A DNA stretch of 32,605 nt from Gemmatimonadota bacterium (GCA_003220955.1 QHTW01000086.1:1-32605), one strand, 5' to 3'; shown: positions 1-7,988, counted from the first letter of the stretch. The notes: generated by a model not told the origin, from the sequence alone. A program made the numbers and translations.

Positions 1-780
1 GATCGGTTCGCCACCGTGATAGAACGCCGTCGCGAGGTTGGGCCAGCGATCGCCAAGCTCTCTCGCGATCTGCTCGACCTCCGCCCTGGTTGGCACAAAC
101 ACCGCGACACCCCGCCGTTCGCGGATAACGCGCTTCATGAAACGGTCGTGTAAGAACTCGAGTGGCTGCTCTGCCAGCACATTGACTTGCGCGGCCTTCG
201 CGGGGTCGAACGCCCGCGTCTCCAAGACTTCGGCGGACCGGAGATAGTCGGAATAGAAGGTCGGATCGACCGTGGCGGATAACCAGATGAATCGGCAGCG
301 GGCCCGTTTGCCAAGCGCCAGGCACAGCTCCATTTCGGCCGATGTCTGATGGATTTCGTCGACGACGAGCGTGTCTTGCGCCGTGATCAGGCCGTCCTGG
401 AACCAGCGCCGCGCTATGCCGGTGGTGACGATCACGACGTTCCAGGTCGGAGTTTCCGGGGTGGCTTCTCGCTCGCGATTGACCACTCCGACCTTCAGCG
501 GCGCTTGCAGGATGGTCTCCGCCATGCTGCGGATGGCTAGCGTCTTTCCGGTGCCGGTACCGGCGACGATCCCAAAGCCCTGACCAGATCCGGCCAGCCG
601 GCGGATATCGTCTCCATGTTCGCGCTCCAGGAGGGTCTCGAGCCTGAGTCCCAGGGCCAATTCGATCGTTTCGCAGGCCGCGCGCGTGGGCGCGATGACG
701 ATGACTCGCCCGGTGGATGGCTCAGCTGCGAGGAAGGCCTGGGGATCGGGGGGGAGGAAGTGGTCGCGGGATATTCGCAC
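1..780 (-). CDS. DEAH-box (HrpA/HrpB-like) ATP-dependent helicase, N-terminal part; the gene continues past the window start
   Basis: Absent from the ORF track because no stop falls inside the window. My minus-strand translation from GTG 780-778 gives ...GFGIVAGTGTGKT (Walker A, complement of ~541-567), LVVDEIH (motif II, DEIH), WLSAT (motif III) and AVFVPTRAEVE. An in-frame stop upstream at 843-841 bounds the start. The start codon is uncertain: GTG 780 or a downstream TTG. Confidence 0.7.
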   Translation of the reverse strand, partial: MRISRDHFLPPDPQAFLAAEPSTGRVIVIAPTRAACETIELALGLRLETLLEREHGDDIRRLAGSGQGFGIVAGTGTGKTLAIRSMAETILQAPLKVGVVNREREATPETPTWNVVIVTTGIARRWFQDGLITAQDTLVVDEIHQTSAEMELCLALGKRARCRFIWLSATVDPTFYSDYLRSAEVLETRAFDPAKAAQVNVLAEQPLEFLHDRFMKRVIRERRGVAVFVPTRAEVEQIARELGDRWPNLATAFYHGGEPI

Positions 781-814
781 CGCTGGAATATAGAAACAGG
801 GCCTACAAAGAATT

Positions 815-840
815 CCCCCTCTCCACGGCGGGAGAGGGGG
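815..840 (-). terminator. Candidate intrinsic terminator after the small secreted-protein gene
   Basis: Perfect 10-bp stem ccccctctcc (815-824) / ggagaggggg (831-840) with a 6-nt loop, 15 nt downstream of the stop at 855-857. On the minus strand it is followed by AAUUCUUUGU, a moderately U-rich tail. Confidence 0.45.
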
Positions 841-854
841 TCAGGTGTTAGGTC

Positions 855-1136
855 CTACCAGTCCCGGTGATAGCGATGCCGGTGATACCGATAAGGCCGC
901 ACGAAGATGACTCGCGGCTCCCGGTAGTAACGCGGCTCCAGCACGATTACGGGCACGGGGCGGTGGCGATAGAAGTAGGGGTATGCGTAGCGGTGGTAGT
1001 ACGGGCGGCCGACAACGACCTGGCCGGCAAAATACGGATGTCCAAAACTCAATGAAACACCGACGCGAGTCTGCGCGCGTCCGACTGAGGTGCCGAGACC
1101 AACCAGCAATCCAACGAGAACGAGTATGCGTTTCAT
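855..1136 (-). CDS. Small secreted Tyr/Arg/His/Pro-rich protein (hypothetical)
   Basis: Track ORF 855..1181. I prefer ATG 1136 (MKRILVLVGLLVGLGTSVGRAQT...) because AAGGAGGAAGAC sits directly 5' of it and the N-terminus is a classic signal peptide. The mature part is dominated by Y, R, H and P (RPYYHRYAYPYFYRHRP...RPYRYHRHRYHRDW). Confidence 0.55.
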   Translation of the reverse strand: MKRILVLVGLLVGLGTSVGRAQTRVGVSLSFGHPYFAGQVVVGRPYYHRYAYPYFYRHRPVPVIVLEPRYYREPRVIFVRPYRYHRHRYHRDW

Positions 1137-1274
1137 GTCTTCCTCCTTGATTGGAGGCTTCAATAGAAAGAGGCGTGCCAAAAGAGGTGGTCGCTGTAAG
1201 TTGTGTATTACAAGATACTTATGGTAGGAAGATCGTACCGGTGCGTGTCCATACGCCGAAACACCTGTCCTCCT

Positions 1275-2342
1275 CTAATCTCCGAAGCTCACTCCCAGAT
1301 CCCGCGCCGTAGCGATGGTATCAGAGTCGAGCGGCACGCGGCGTGGAGCCGCAAGCGCCTCTTGGATCGCGATCGGGACGATCCGGGGCGGCTGTAACGC
1401 CACCATCATCCCGAACTGCCGCTCGGCGACCAGGCGGACGGCGGCGGCACCAAATCGCAATGCCAGCAATCGATCAAAAGTCGTCGGGCTACCGCCGCGC
1501 TGCAGATGTCCGAGCACCAGCGACCGCGTCTCCTTTCCCGTCATCTGTTCGATGGAATGGGCCACCTTGTCGCCGATGCCGCCGAGTCGTTCGTGGGCGG
1601 GATCGATCAGAGAGACCGCGCCGCGTTTCGGAGCGGCGCCCTCGGCGACGACGACAATGCTGAAGTGCCGCCCCTCGGCTTCGCGGCGGCGGATCTTGTC
1701 GCACACTTTGTCGATGTCGAATGGGATTTCGGGAATCAGGATGACATCCGCCGAGCCGGCGATTCCTGAATGCAGCGCGATGAACCCCGCGTAGCGGCCC
1801 ATCACTTCGACGACCATCACCCGCTCATGGCTTTCGGCGGTCGAATGGACCTTGTCGATCGCGTCTGTGGCGGTGGACACCGCGGTGTCGAAGCCAAACG
1901 TCGCGACGGTGCCACCGACGTCGTTGTCGATCGTCTTGGGCACGCCAACGACTGGAAGGCCCTTCTTCCACAGCGTCAGGACGATGCCGAGCGTCCCTTC
2001 GCCGCCGATCGCCACGAGAGCATCCAGCCGATTCGAGCGAAAGGATTCGAGCAGCTCGTCCGTCCGATCCAATTCCGCCCACGCCCCGTCCGGCTGCTGC
2101 ATGCGCCATTTGAGCGGATTGCGGCGGTTCGACGTGCCGAGAATCGTGCCGCCGAGATGCGTGATCCCGCGAACCTCGTTGGGGCCCAGCGGCATGAGCT
2201 CGCCTTCGCCGAGCAGGCTCCCGAATCCCCGCCTGATTCCGACGCATTCCCAACCGCGATGGACGGCGCTCAACACCACGGCGCGGATGACGGCATTCAG
2301 CCCCGGGGCGTCACCGCCGCCCGTGGAGATCGCAATCCTCAC
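1275..2342 (-). CDS. pfkA: 6-phosphofructokinase
   Basis: 355 aa starting MRIAISTGGGDAPGLNAVIRAVV, with IGGEGTLG, GVPKTIDNDV, MGRYAGFIAL and LGHLQRGG, which are canonical PFK family motifs. GTG start at 2342. Confidence 0.9.
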   Translation of the reverse strand: MRIAISTGGGDAPGLNAVIRAVVLSAVHRGWECVGIRRGFGSLLGEGELMPLGPNEVRGITHLGGTILGTSNRRNPLKWRMQQPDGAWAELDRTDELLESFRSNRLDALVAIGGEGTLGIVLTLWKKGLPVVGVPKTIDNDVGGTVATFGFDTAVSTATDAIDKVHSTAESHERVMVVEVMGRYAGFIALHSGIAGSADVILIPEIPFDIDKVCDKIRRREAEGRHFSIVVVAEGAAPKRGAVSLIDPAHERLGGIGDKVAHSIEQMTGKETRSLVLGHLQRGGSPTTFDRLLALRFGAAAVRLVAERQFGMMVALQPPRIVPIAIQEALAAPRRVPLDSDTIATARDLGVSFGD

Positions 2343-2593
2343 CGCTTGGTGGAGGGAGGGTTGGGGCCGGCTGCCCCGCGAATCAGCCGCAGCACTTCAC
2401 CGGGTTCGGCATGCCGCTTGGTGGTTTTCTTGGAGAAGACTCGACGTCCGTCGACGTCGACCTCGAAGACGCCTCCTGACGATTGGATCAGCCGCACGTC
2501 AGCATGCGGGAAGGCATCGCGGAGCTCGGCCGCCAGACCGGTGGCCCGAGGCTCGTAGTTTCAGATGACGCAGTATTCGATGGTGACGGTCAT
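2339..2593 (-). CDS. SelW/SelT/SelH (Rdx) family thioredoxin-fold selenoprotein; in-frame TGA (2563-2561) read as selenocysteine
   Basis: Hand translation from ATG 2593: MTVTIEYCVI-U-NYEPRATGLAAELRDAFPHADVRLIQSSGGVFEVDVDGRRVFSKKTTKRHAEPGEVLRLIRGAAGPNPPSTKR*. It shows the IEYC-x-x-U redox motif, then GGVFEV, G..VFSK and PEPGE, all typical of the family. A hairpin follows the TGA. The stop TGA (2341-2339) overlaps the pfk GTG start. Confidence 0.75.
2522..2554 (-). promoter_or_regulatory. Candidate bacterial SECIS stem-loop
   Basis: The RNA is GAGCCUCGGGCCACC-GGUCU-GGCGGCCGAGCUC and starts 7 nt 3' of the UGA. Outer pairs are GAGC/GCUC and UCGG/CCGA, and the upper stem is CC.CC/GG.GG with one A-C mismatch and bulges. 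The apical loop GGUCU lies 21 nt after the UGA. Confidence 0.55.
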
Positions 2594-2649
2594 GGCGTGA
2601 AGGATAGTCGCGCTTGACACCCCGCGCCACGTCGCCGACCTTGCGCGAC

Positions 2650-4741
2650 ATGCGGCTTCCGTCGCGCTTCTCGGCGGCACCGGCGCTCATCGTGCGTCTC
2701 GCGGTTTCCATTGCCGCACTGGTCAGTTTCGGCGCTGGGCTTGTCGCCTACGTCAACGGCCGCGTTCCCGCGGGGCAGAACCTGCCGCTCGCCGGCGTGC
2801 TGCTCGTCCTCGTCGCCGCGATCACACGCCGCTACGGCATCGCGCTCCCGGGAAACGGCTTCTCGTCGTACGTCCTCGGCGTCATGCTGTACGCCATTCT
2901 CGACCGCGGCTGGGCCTTCGCCGCCATCGTCGCGCCCTTCGCGATGCTCGTGGGCGACGTGCTCCTCCGGCGTATGCCGGTGCGCACCGCGCTTGGAAAC
3001 GCCGCGCACCTGACGGCGGGATCCGCGTTCGTCGGCTGGATGTATCTCCGTCTCAGCGGCGCCACCGGGGCCGCGGCTTTGTCCGCGGACAACGCCTGGG
3101 TCGTTGCCCTCACGGTCGTCCTGTTGCCGGTCATCGTGAACGGCACGTTCTATCTGGAGCTCGCGCTCGGGCAGACGATTGCGTGGGTGGACGCGCAGCT
3201 CACGCTGCGCTGGGAATCGATCGTCTATCTCGTGTCTGCGGCGCTGGCGCTGACGTGGCTGGCCGTCGCGCATGCGCTCATTCCCGTTGGGACGCGCGCG
3301 TTCCTGTTCGCCGCCCTCGGGATCGCCACGGCGGGCAGCTTGCAGGTGTTGCGACTGGGCGTGCGTGCGGACGAGTTGAACCTGATTCAACGACTCGCCC
3401 AGGTCATCGCCGCCGAGTTGACGTTGCTACAGAGCTTCAAGCGCGTACAGGAGCTGACCAGACAGCTCGTCCCCTGGGAACAGATGGGATTTGCCCGCTA
3501 CGATGCACGGACGCGGCAGATGGAGCTCGTGGCCGATAATGCGGCGCAGCCCGGAACCACGTTTCGCTTCGATTCCGCTGAAGCGCCCCGTCGTAGCCCA
3601 TGGCCTTGCAAAGGATCAAGTCATCGTGCCGGGCGGGGAAACGCCGGGTTCGGAGATGCTCGTCCCACTCTACCACGCCGGACAGCTGGTGGGACTATGG
3701 AGCGTGCGGCACTCGGATCCGGCGATGTACCGCCAATCGGACGGAGATCTCCTCGAGCTACTGGCGCCGCAGCTCGCGTTGATGGTCGCGATCGATGGCT
3801 CGTTGCGCCCAGTCACGGGCGCCTCTGATCAGACGATGCAATACGTGCAGACACTCACGGCCACCACGGAGGAGATCCACGCGTCGAGTGAGGAGGTTGC
3901 AGCCGCCGCTCAGCGCGCCAGCCACGGCGCAGGGCAGGCAGCGACTCTGGTCGCCACGGCGTCACGTGAGGCCGGCCAGCTGAGAGACAGCGCCGCCGAG
4001 CTGGCGGCGGCCGGTGATCGGACGCGCGAGGCGGGGGCACAAATGGAGAAAACCGCCGACCGCGTGCGGACCGGGACTCAGGACGCCGTGCGTCAGTTGA
4101 CTGATCTCGGCGCCACCACCGAAGAAAGCGCCGCCGAGGTCGGGCGGCTGCGGGAAGTCGCCACGCAGGTCGAAAAGTTCTCGGAAACGCTCGGGTTCGT
4201 CGCGAATCAGACGAATCTGCTCGCCCTCAACGCAACGATCGAAGCGGCGCGCGCGGGCATTCACGGGCGAGGATTCGCGGTGGTCGCCGACGAGGTCCAC
4301 AAGCTCGCTGAGGCCAGCGGCCGTGAGGCGCGCAACGTCGGCAAGGCGGTCCAGGACACGCGCCGGGCGTTGGACCGCGCCGCCCAACTGATCGAACGAA
4401 TCCGTGGCGATTTGGGCCAGGTCGTTCAGAACTCCGCCGCGTGGCTACAGGACCTCGATCGTATCGCGGAGGCCGCCGCCGAGACCGCACGCGCCGGAAA
4501 ACAGGTGGCGGAGTTCGGTCGCCAGAGTACCGACCTGGCGGCGAAAATCACCGAGTCGCTCGGTCAGGCGCGGGCCGGAGCCCAGACCTCCAGTCAGGAG
4601 GCCGAAGCCGTTGCGGCAGCGGCCGCCGAGCAGTTGCGGGCCATCCAGGATCTCGCGCATGGCGCGACCGAGTTGTCAGCCCTGGCCGAGCAGTTGAGCC
4701 AGGCGCTCCGTTTCATTCGTGGCGGAAACGGGCACCCCTAG
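2650..4741 (+). pseudogene. Polytopic membrane / GAF / methyl-accepting chemotaxis protein, reading frame interrupted near 3586-3589
   Basis: Track ORFs 2614..3828 and 3491..4741 lie in adjacent frames. The first encodes about 7 hydrophobic helices and the start of a GAF-like domain ([36 protein letters not shown]). The second continues it ([41 protein letters not shown]) and ends in the MCP signalling domain ([36 protein letters not shown]). Removing one C from CCCC 3586-3589 joins them. The likely start is ATG 2650 (MRLPSRF...). Confidence 0.65.
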
Positions 4742-4827
4742 ACCAGGCGGATGGTGACGCGCGCTACAGGGGTTTCTCAACCCGAGCTCGATTATTAAAG
4801 TGGAGTGCCGCTAACCTCGGGAGAGAC

Positions 4828-6273
4828 ATGCGCACGCGGACGACGCTACTGTTGCTGGGCCTGAATACGTTTCCTGCCCTCTGCGTCGCGCAGCATGCTC
4901 ATCAGTTCGAAATGGGCGCGTTCGGCTCGTTCACCCGCTACGACCGCGCGTTCACACTGGAACATCAGATTGGCGGTGGGGGCCGGCTCGGGTACTTCTT
5001 TGGTCCGGCGATCGGGTTCGAGCTCGAGCTCGGCTACGAGCAGCCGACACCCTTCGCCGGCGGGGCGAACGCGACCGTCGCGCTGGGCAGCGGCAGCCTC
5101 GTTCTGAACCTGGGCAACGAGCGCAACCTCTTCTATATCCTTGGCGGCTACACCCGCCTGCAGTTCCAGGACATTCCCGGATACAACTTCACCGATAACG
5201 CCGTTCACGGCGCAATCGGCGACCGGCTGTTTGTCGGCGAGCGCGTCGCCCTGCGGATCGAGGGACGTGCGATCTACTCCCCCAGCACAAGATTCGCCGG
5301 CGGCAACTGGGCGGGACACATCGTCGGCTCCGCCGGATTGTCGATCTTCACAGGTCCGAGTGCGTTCCGTGACACCGATCGAGACGGCGTTCCCGACAAG
5401 AAGGACAATTGTCCCAACACACCGGTGGGTGCCGTCGTGGACGCGAAGGGGTGCCCGCTCGATTCCGATCGCGATGGCGTGCCTGATGGCCTCGATGCAT
5501 GCCCGAACACGGTCGAGCACGCGGAAGTCGATGCTCGCGGCTGTCCCAAGGACAGCGACGGCGACGGTGTGTACGACGGCATCGACAAGTGCCCCGGCAC
5601 TCCCGTCGGCGCCCGCGTGGACGCGCAGGGATGTCCCACCGATGCCGACTCCGACGGCGTGCCGGACGGGCTCGACCAATGCCCCAACACGCCGAAGGGC
5701 GCGACGGTCGATGCGACCGGCTGTCCGGTGGACAGCGATCACGACGGCCTGCCGGATGCCATGGACAAGTGCCCTAACACGCCCCCGGGGACGGAGGTCG
5801 ATTCCGTCGGTTGCCAGCGCGTGACGGATAGCGACGGCGACGGTGTCGACGATGCGAAGGACAAATGTCCCGGGACGGCTGCCGGCACTCGCGTCGATTC
5901 GGTCGGCTGCCCCATTCTCTTCACCGAAGCACGGACGCCTGTCGTCCTGCGGGGCGTGACGTTCGAGATCGGCCGGTCGGCGCTGAAGCCGGATTCCTAC
6001 ACGATCCTCGACATCGTCGCGGCTTCACTGGTCGCCAACCCGGACATCAAGATCGAAATCGCGGGCCACACCGACAATACAGGGTCGGCTGCCACCAACA
6101 CGCGCTTGTCGCAGGCGCGAGCGGAAGCGGTACGCGCCTATCTCGCGAGCAAGGGTGTCGCGCCGGACCGAATGATCGCCAAGGGCTACGGTCCCACGCA
6201 GCCCGTCGCGCCGAATACGACGCCCGCCGGCCGGGCGCAGAACCGGCGCGTCGAGCTGCGGCAGACCAACTGA
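4828..6273 (+). CDS. OmpA-family outer membrane protein with thrombospondin type 3 (Ca-binding) repeats
   Basis: Track ORF 4441..6273. The likely start is ATG 4828 (MRTRTTLLLLGLNTFPALCVAQ, a signal peptide with GGGAGAG upstream). It has an N-terminal beta-barrel-like region, six DxDxDGVxDxxDxCPNTP..G..VD..GCP units, and a C-terminal OmpA domain (IEIAGHTDNTGS...NRRVEL). Confidence 0.85.
   Translation: MRTRTTLLLLGLNTFPALCVAQHAHQFEMGAFGSFTRYDRAFTLEHQIGGGGRLGYFFGPAIGFELELGYEQPTPFAGGANATVALGSGSLVLNLGNERNLFYILGGYTRLQFQDIPGYNFTDNAVHGAIGDRLFVGERVALRIEGRAIYSPSTRFAGGNWAGHIVGSAGLSIFTGPSAFRDTDRDGVPDKKDNCPNTPVGAVVDAKGCPLDSDRDGVPDGLDACPNTVEHAEVDARGCPKDSDGDGVYDGIDKCPGTPVGARVDAQGCPTDADSDGVPDGLDQCPNTPKGATVDATGCPVDSDHDGLPDAMDKCPNTPPGTEVDSVGCQRVTDSDGDGVDDAKDKCPGTAAGTRVDSVGCPILFTEARTPVVLRGVTFEIGRSALKPDSYTILDIVAASLVANPDIKIEIAGHTDNTGSAATNTRLSQARAEAVRAYLASKGVAPDRMIAKGYGPTQPVAPNTTPAGRAQNRRVELRQTN
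5371..5913 (+). repeat. Six tandem ~90-nt coding repeats (TSP3-like units)
   Basis: Hand count of units starting DTDRDG, DSDRDG, DSDGDG, DADSDG, DSDHDG and DSDGDG, each ending in GCP or GCQ. Confidence 0.8.
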
Positions 6274-6286
6274 GCGGAGGCACAAC

Positions 6287-7897
6287 GTGAGAACGATCGC
6301 CACAATCGTGATGATGATGGTTGCGACAAGCAGCCTCTCGGCTCAGTACGACCGGCGCTACGAAGTCGGCTTGTTCGGCGCCTTCACGAAATACGACAAG
6401 GCGTTCAATCTGGCCAGCAAGATCGGCGGCGGCGTGCGCTTCGCCTATGCCTTCACACCGATGATCGGCGTCGAGGTCGAGGCGCTATTTCAATCACCGC
6501 AGGACGTGGGGACCGTACACCTCGAGCCGTTGATCGGCGGCGGCAGTCTGGTGGTGAACGCCCTGAACGCCCCCCGCATGTCGGTCTACGTGCTGGGCGG
6601 ATATTCCCGGCTGGACTTCGGCGCGACCAGCCCGTACCGGTTCACGGACGGAGGATTCCACGGTGGCGCGGGCGCGAAGTTTTTCATGAGCTCGCGGTTC
6701 GCGCTGCGATTCGAAGCCCGCGGCATCTACACTCCGAGCACGACGAGCGCGTTTCCCGGCGCCAGCACGAGCGCGACCCATCTCGCCGCATCCGCCGGGT
6801 TTTCCTTCTTCCAGCCGGACACGCGCACGAAAGGACCGGCGGGCGCGCTCGATAGCGATCACGATGGCGTCCCGGACAAAGACGACGCCTGCCCCAACAC
6901 TCCGCTCGGCGCGACCGTCGACGCAAGAGGCTGCCCGCATGATTCCGATGGTGACGGCGTGCTGGATGGCATCGACCAATGCCCCAATACGCCCGCGGGG
7001 ACCAAGGTTGATGACAAAGGTTGTCCGCTCGCGGCGCCGACCGCGGTGTCGGTCCTCGATTCCGACGGCGATGGCGTGCCGGACACACTCGACAAATGTC
7101 CGAACACGCCGGCTGGAGCCAAGGTCGACGCGGACGGCTGCCCGATCGACTCCGACCACGACGGCGTGTGGGACGGCCTCGACAAGTGCCCGGACACGCC
7201 CGCAGGGGCGACGGTCGATGCGAATGGCTGCCCGCACGATTCGGACGGCGACGGCGTCTTTGACGGCATCGATCAGTGCCCCAATACGCCGACCGGGACG
7301 CCCGTCGATGCCACCGGCTGCCCGCTCGACAGCGACAAGGACGGTGTGCCGGACAACCTCGACAAATGCCCCAACACGCCGGCCGGCATCAAGGTCGATG
7401 CTAACGGCTGCCCGATCGAGCACGACAGCGACGGCGATGGCGTGCCCGATTCGCGCGACCGCTGCCCGAACACGCCGCCGGGATCCAAGGTGGATCAGTT
7501 CGGCTGCGTGCTGCTGTTCGAGGTCACGCCGGCTCCGCCCGGGGCACCGCCGGCCCGCCCGACGCTGATTCTGCAAGGCGTCAATTTCCAGACGGGACGC
7601 TCGATCCTGACGCGGGAGTCGTACGCGGTGCTGGACCAGGTTGCGGCCTCGCTGGTCGCGAACCCGGAAATACGGATCGAGATCGCCGGATATACCGACT
7701 CGACCGGCCGCAAACTCACGAACATGCGGCTCTCGATGGGACGGGCGGGAGCGGTGCAGCACTATCTCGCCCGCAAAGGAGTCAATCCGATGCGGATGCG
7801 CGCGCGGGGATTTGGCGCCTCTGGCTACATCGCGCCGAACTCGACGCCGGAAGGACGAGCAAAGAACAGACGGGTCGAGTTGCATAAGCTGAACTAG
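6287..7897 (+). CDS. OmpA-family outer membrane protein with thrombospondin type 3 repeats (tandem paralog)
   Basis: 536 aa with a GTG start 14 nt after the upstream stop and GGAGG at ~6276-6280. The architecture matches the upstream gene: barrel region, seven TSP3-like units, and an OmpA domain (IEIAGYTDSTGR...NRRVEL). Confidence 0.85.
   Translation: MRTIATIVMMMVATSSLSAQYDRRYEVGLFGAFTKYDKAFNLASKIGGGVRFAYAFTPMIGVEVEALFQSPQDVGTVHLEPLIGGGSLVVNALNAPRMSVYVLGGYSRLDFGATSPYRFTDGGFHGGAGAKFFMSSRFALRFEARGIYTPSTTSAFPGASTSATHLAASAGFSFFQPDTRTKGPAGALDSDHDGVPDKDDACPNTPLGATVDARGCPHDSDGDGVLDGIDQCPNTPAGTKVDDKGCPLAAPTAVSVLDSDGDGVPDTLDKCPNTPAGAKVDADGCPIDSDHDGVWDGLDKCPDTPAGATVDANGCPHDSDGDGVFDGIDQCPNTPTGTPVDATGCPLDSDKDGVPDNLDKCPNTPAGIKVDANGCPIEHDSDGDGVPDSRDRCPNTPPGSKVDQFGCVLLFEVTPAPPGAPPARPTLILQGVNFQTGRSILTRESYAVLDQVAASLVANPEIRIEIAGYTDSTGRKLTNMRLSMGRAGAVQHYLARKGVNPMRMRARGFGASGYIAPNSTPEGRAKNRRVELHKLN
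6851..7510 (+). repeat. Seven tandem ~90-nt coding repeats (TSP3-like units)
   Basis: Hand count of DSDxDGVxDxxDxCPNTPxGxxVDxxGCP units. One unit carries an 8-9 residue insertion (LAAPTAVSVL). Confidence 0.8.
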
Positions 7898-7919
7898 CAG
7901 GCGTGCAAACGGGGCTGAC

Positions 7920-7961
7920 GGGGTCAGGACGAGCAAATCGTCCTGACCCCTAGTATTTTTT
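7920..7961 (+). terminator. Rho-independent terminator of the OmpA pair
   Basis: 12-bp perfect stem ggggtcaggacg (7920-7931) / cgtcctgacccc (7939-7950) with a 7-nt loop, followed by tagtatttttt. Confidence 0.8.
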
Positions 7962-7988
7962 GCTCGCCCCGATCGGATCGAGCTGCGT

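Noticed and set aside
781-814. TATATT (-10-like, minus strand, 792-787) six nt upstream of the helicase GTG start.
   Set aside because: No acceptable -35 element lies at 16-18 nt spacing, and the helicase start codon itself is uncertain.
1165-1181. Sigma54-like element on the minus strand upstream of the small secreted-protein gene: TGGCAC-gcctc-TTTCT, with geometry that would place a transcription start about 20 nt before the ATG.
   Set aside because: The near-invariant GC of the -12 element is TC here. I see no enhancer-binding protein gene or upstream activator sites in the window. It is kept only as a weak possibility.
2614-2642. A perfect TTGACA (2614-2619) followed after 17 nt by GACCTT, 8 nt before ATG 2650 of the chemoreceptor gene. 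This could be a promoter for a leaderless mRNA.
   Set aside because: The -10 candidate matches the TATAAT consensus only at its last base. The TTGACA could be chance, and it coincides with the TTG that the track uses as a start.
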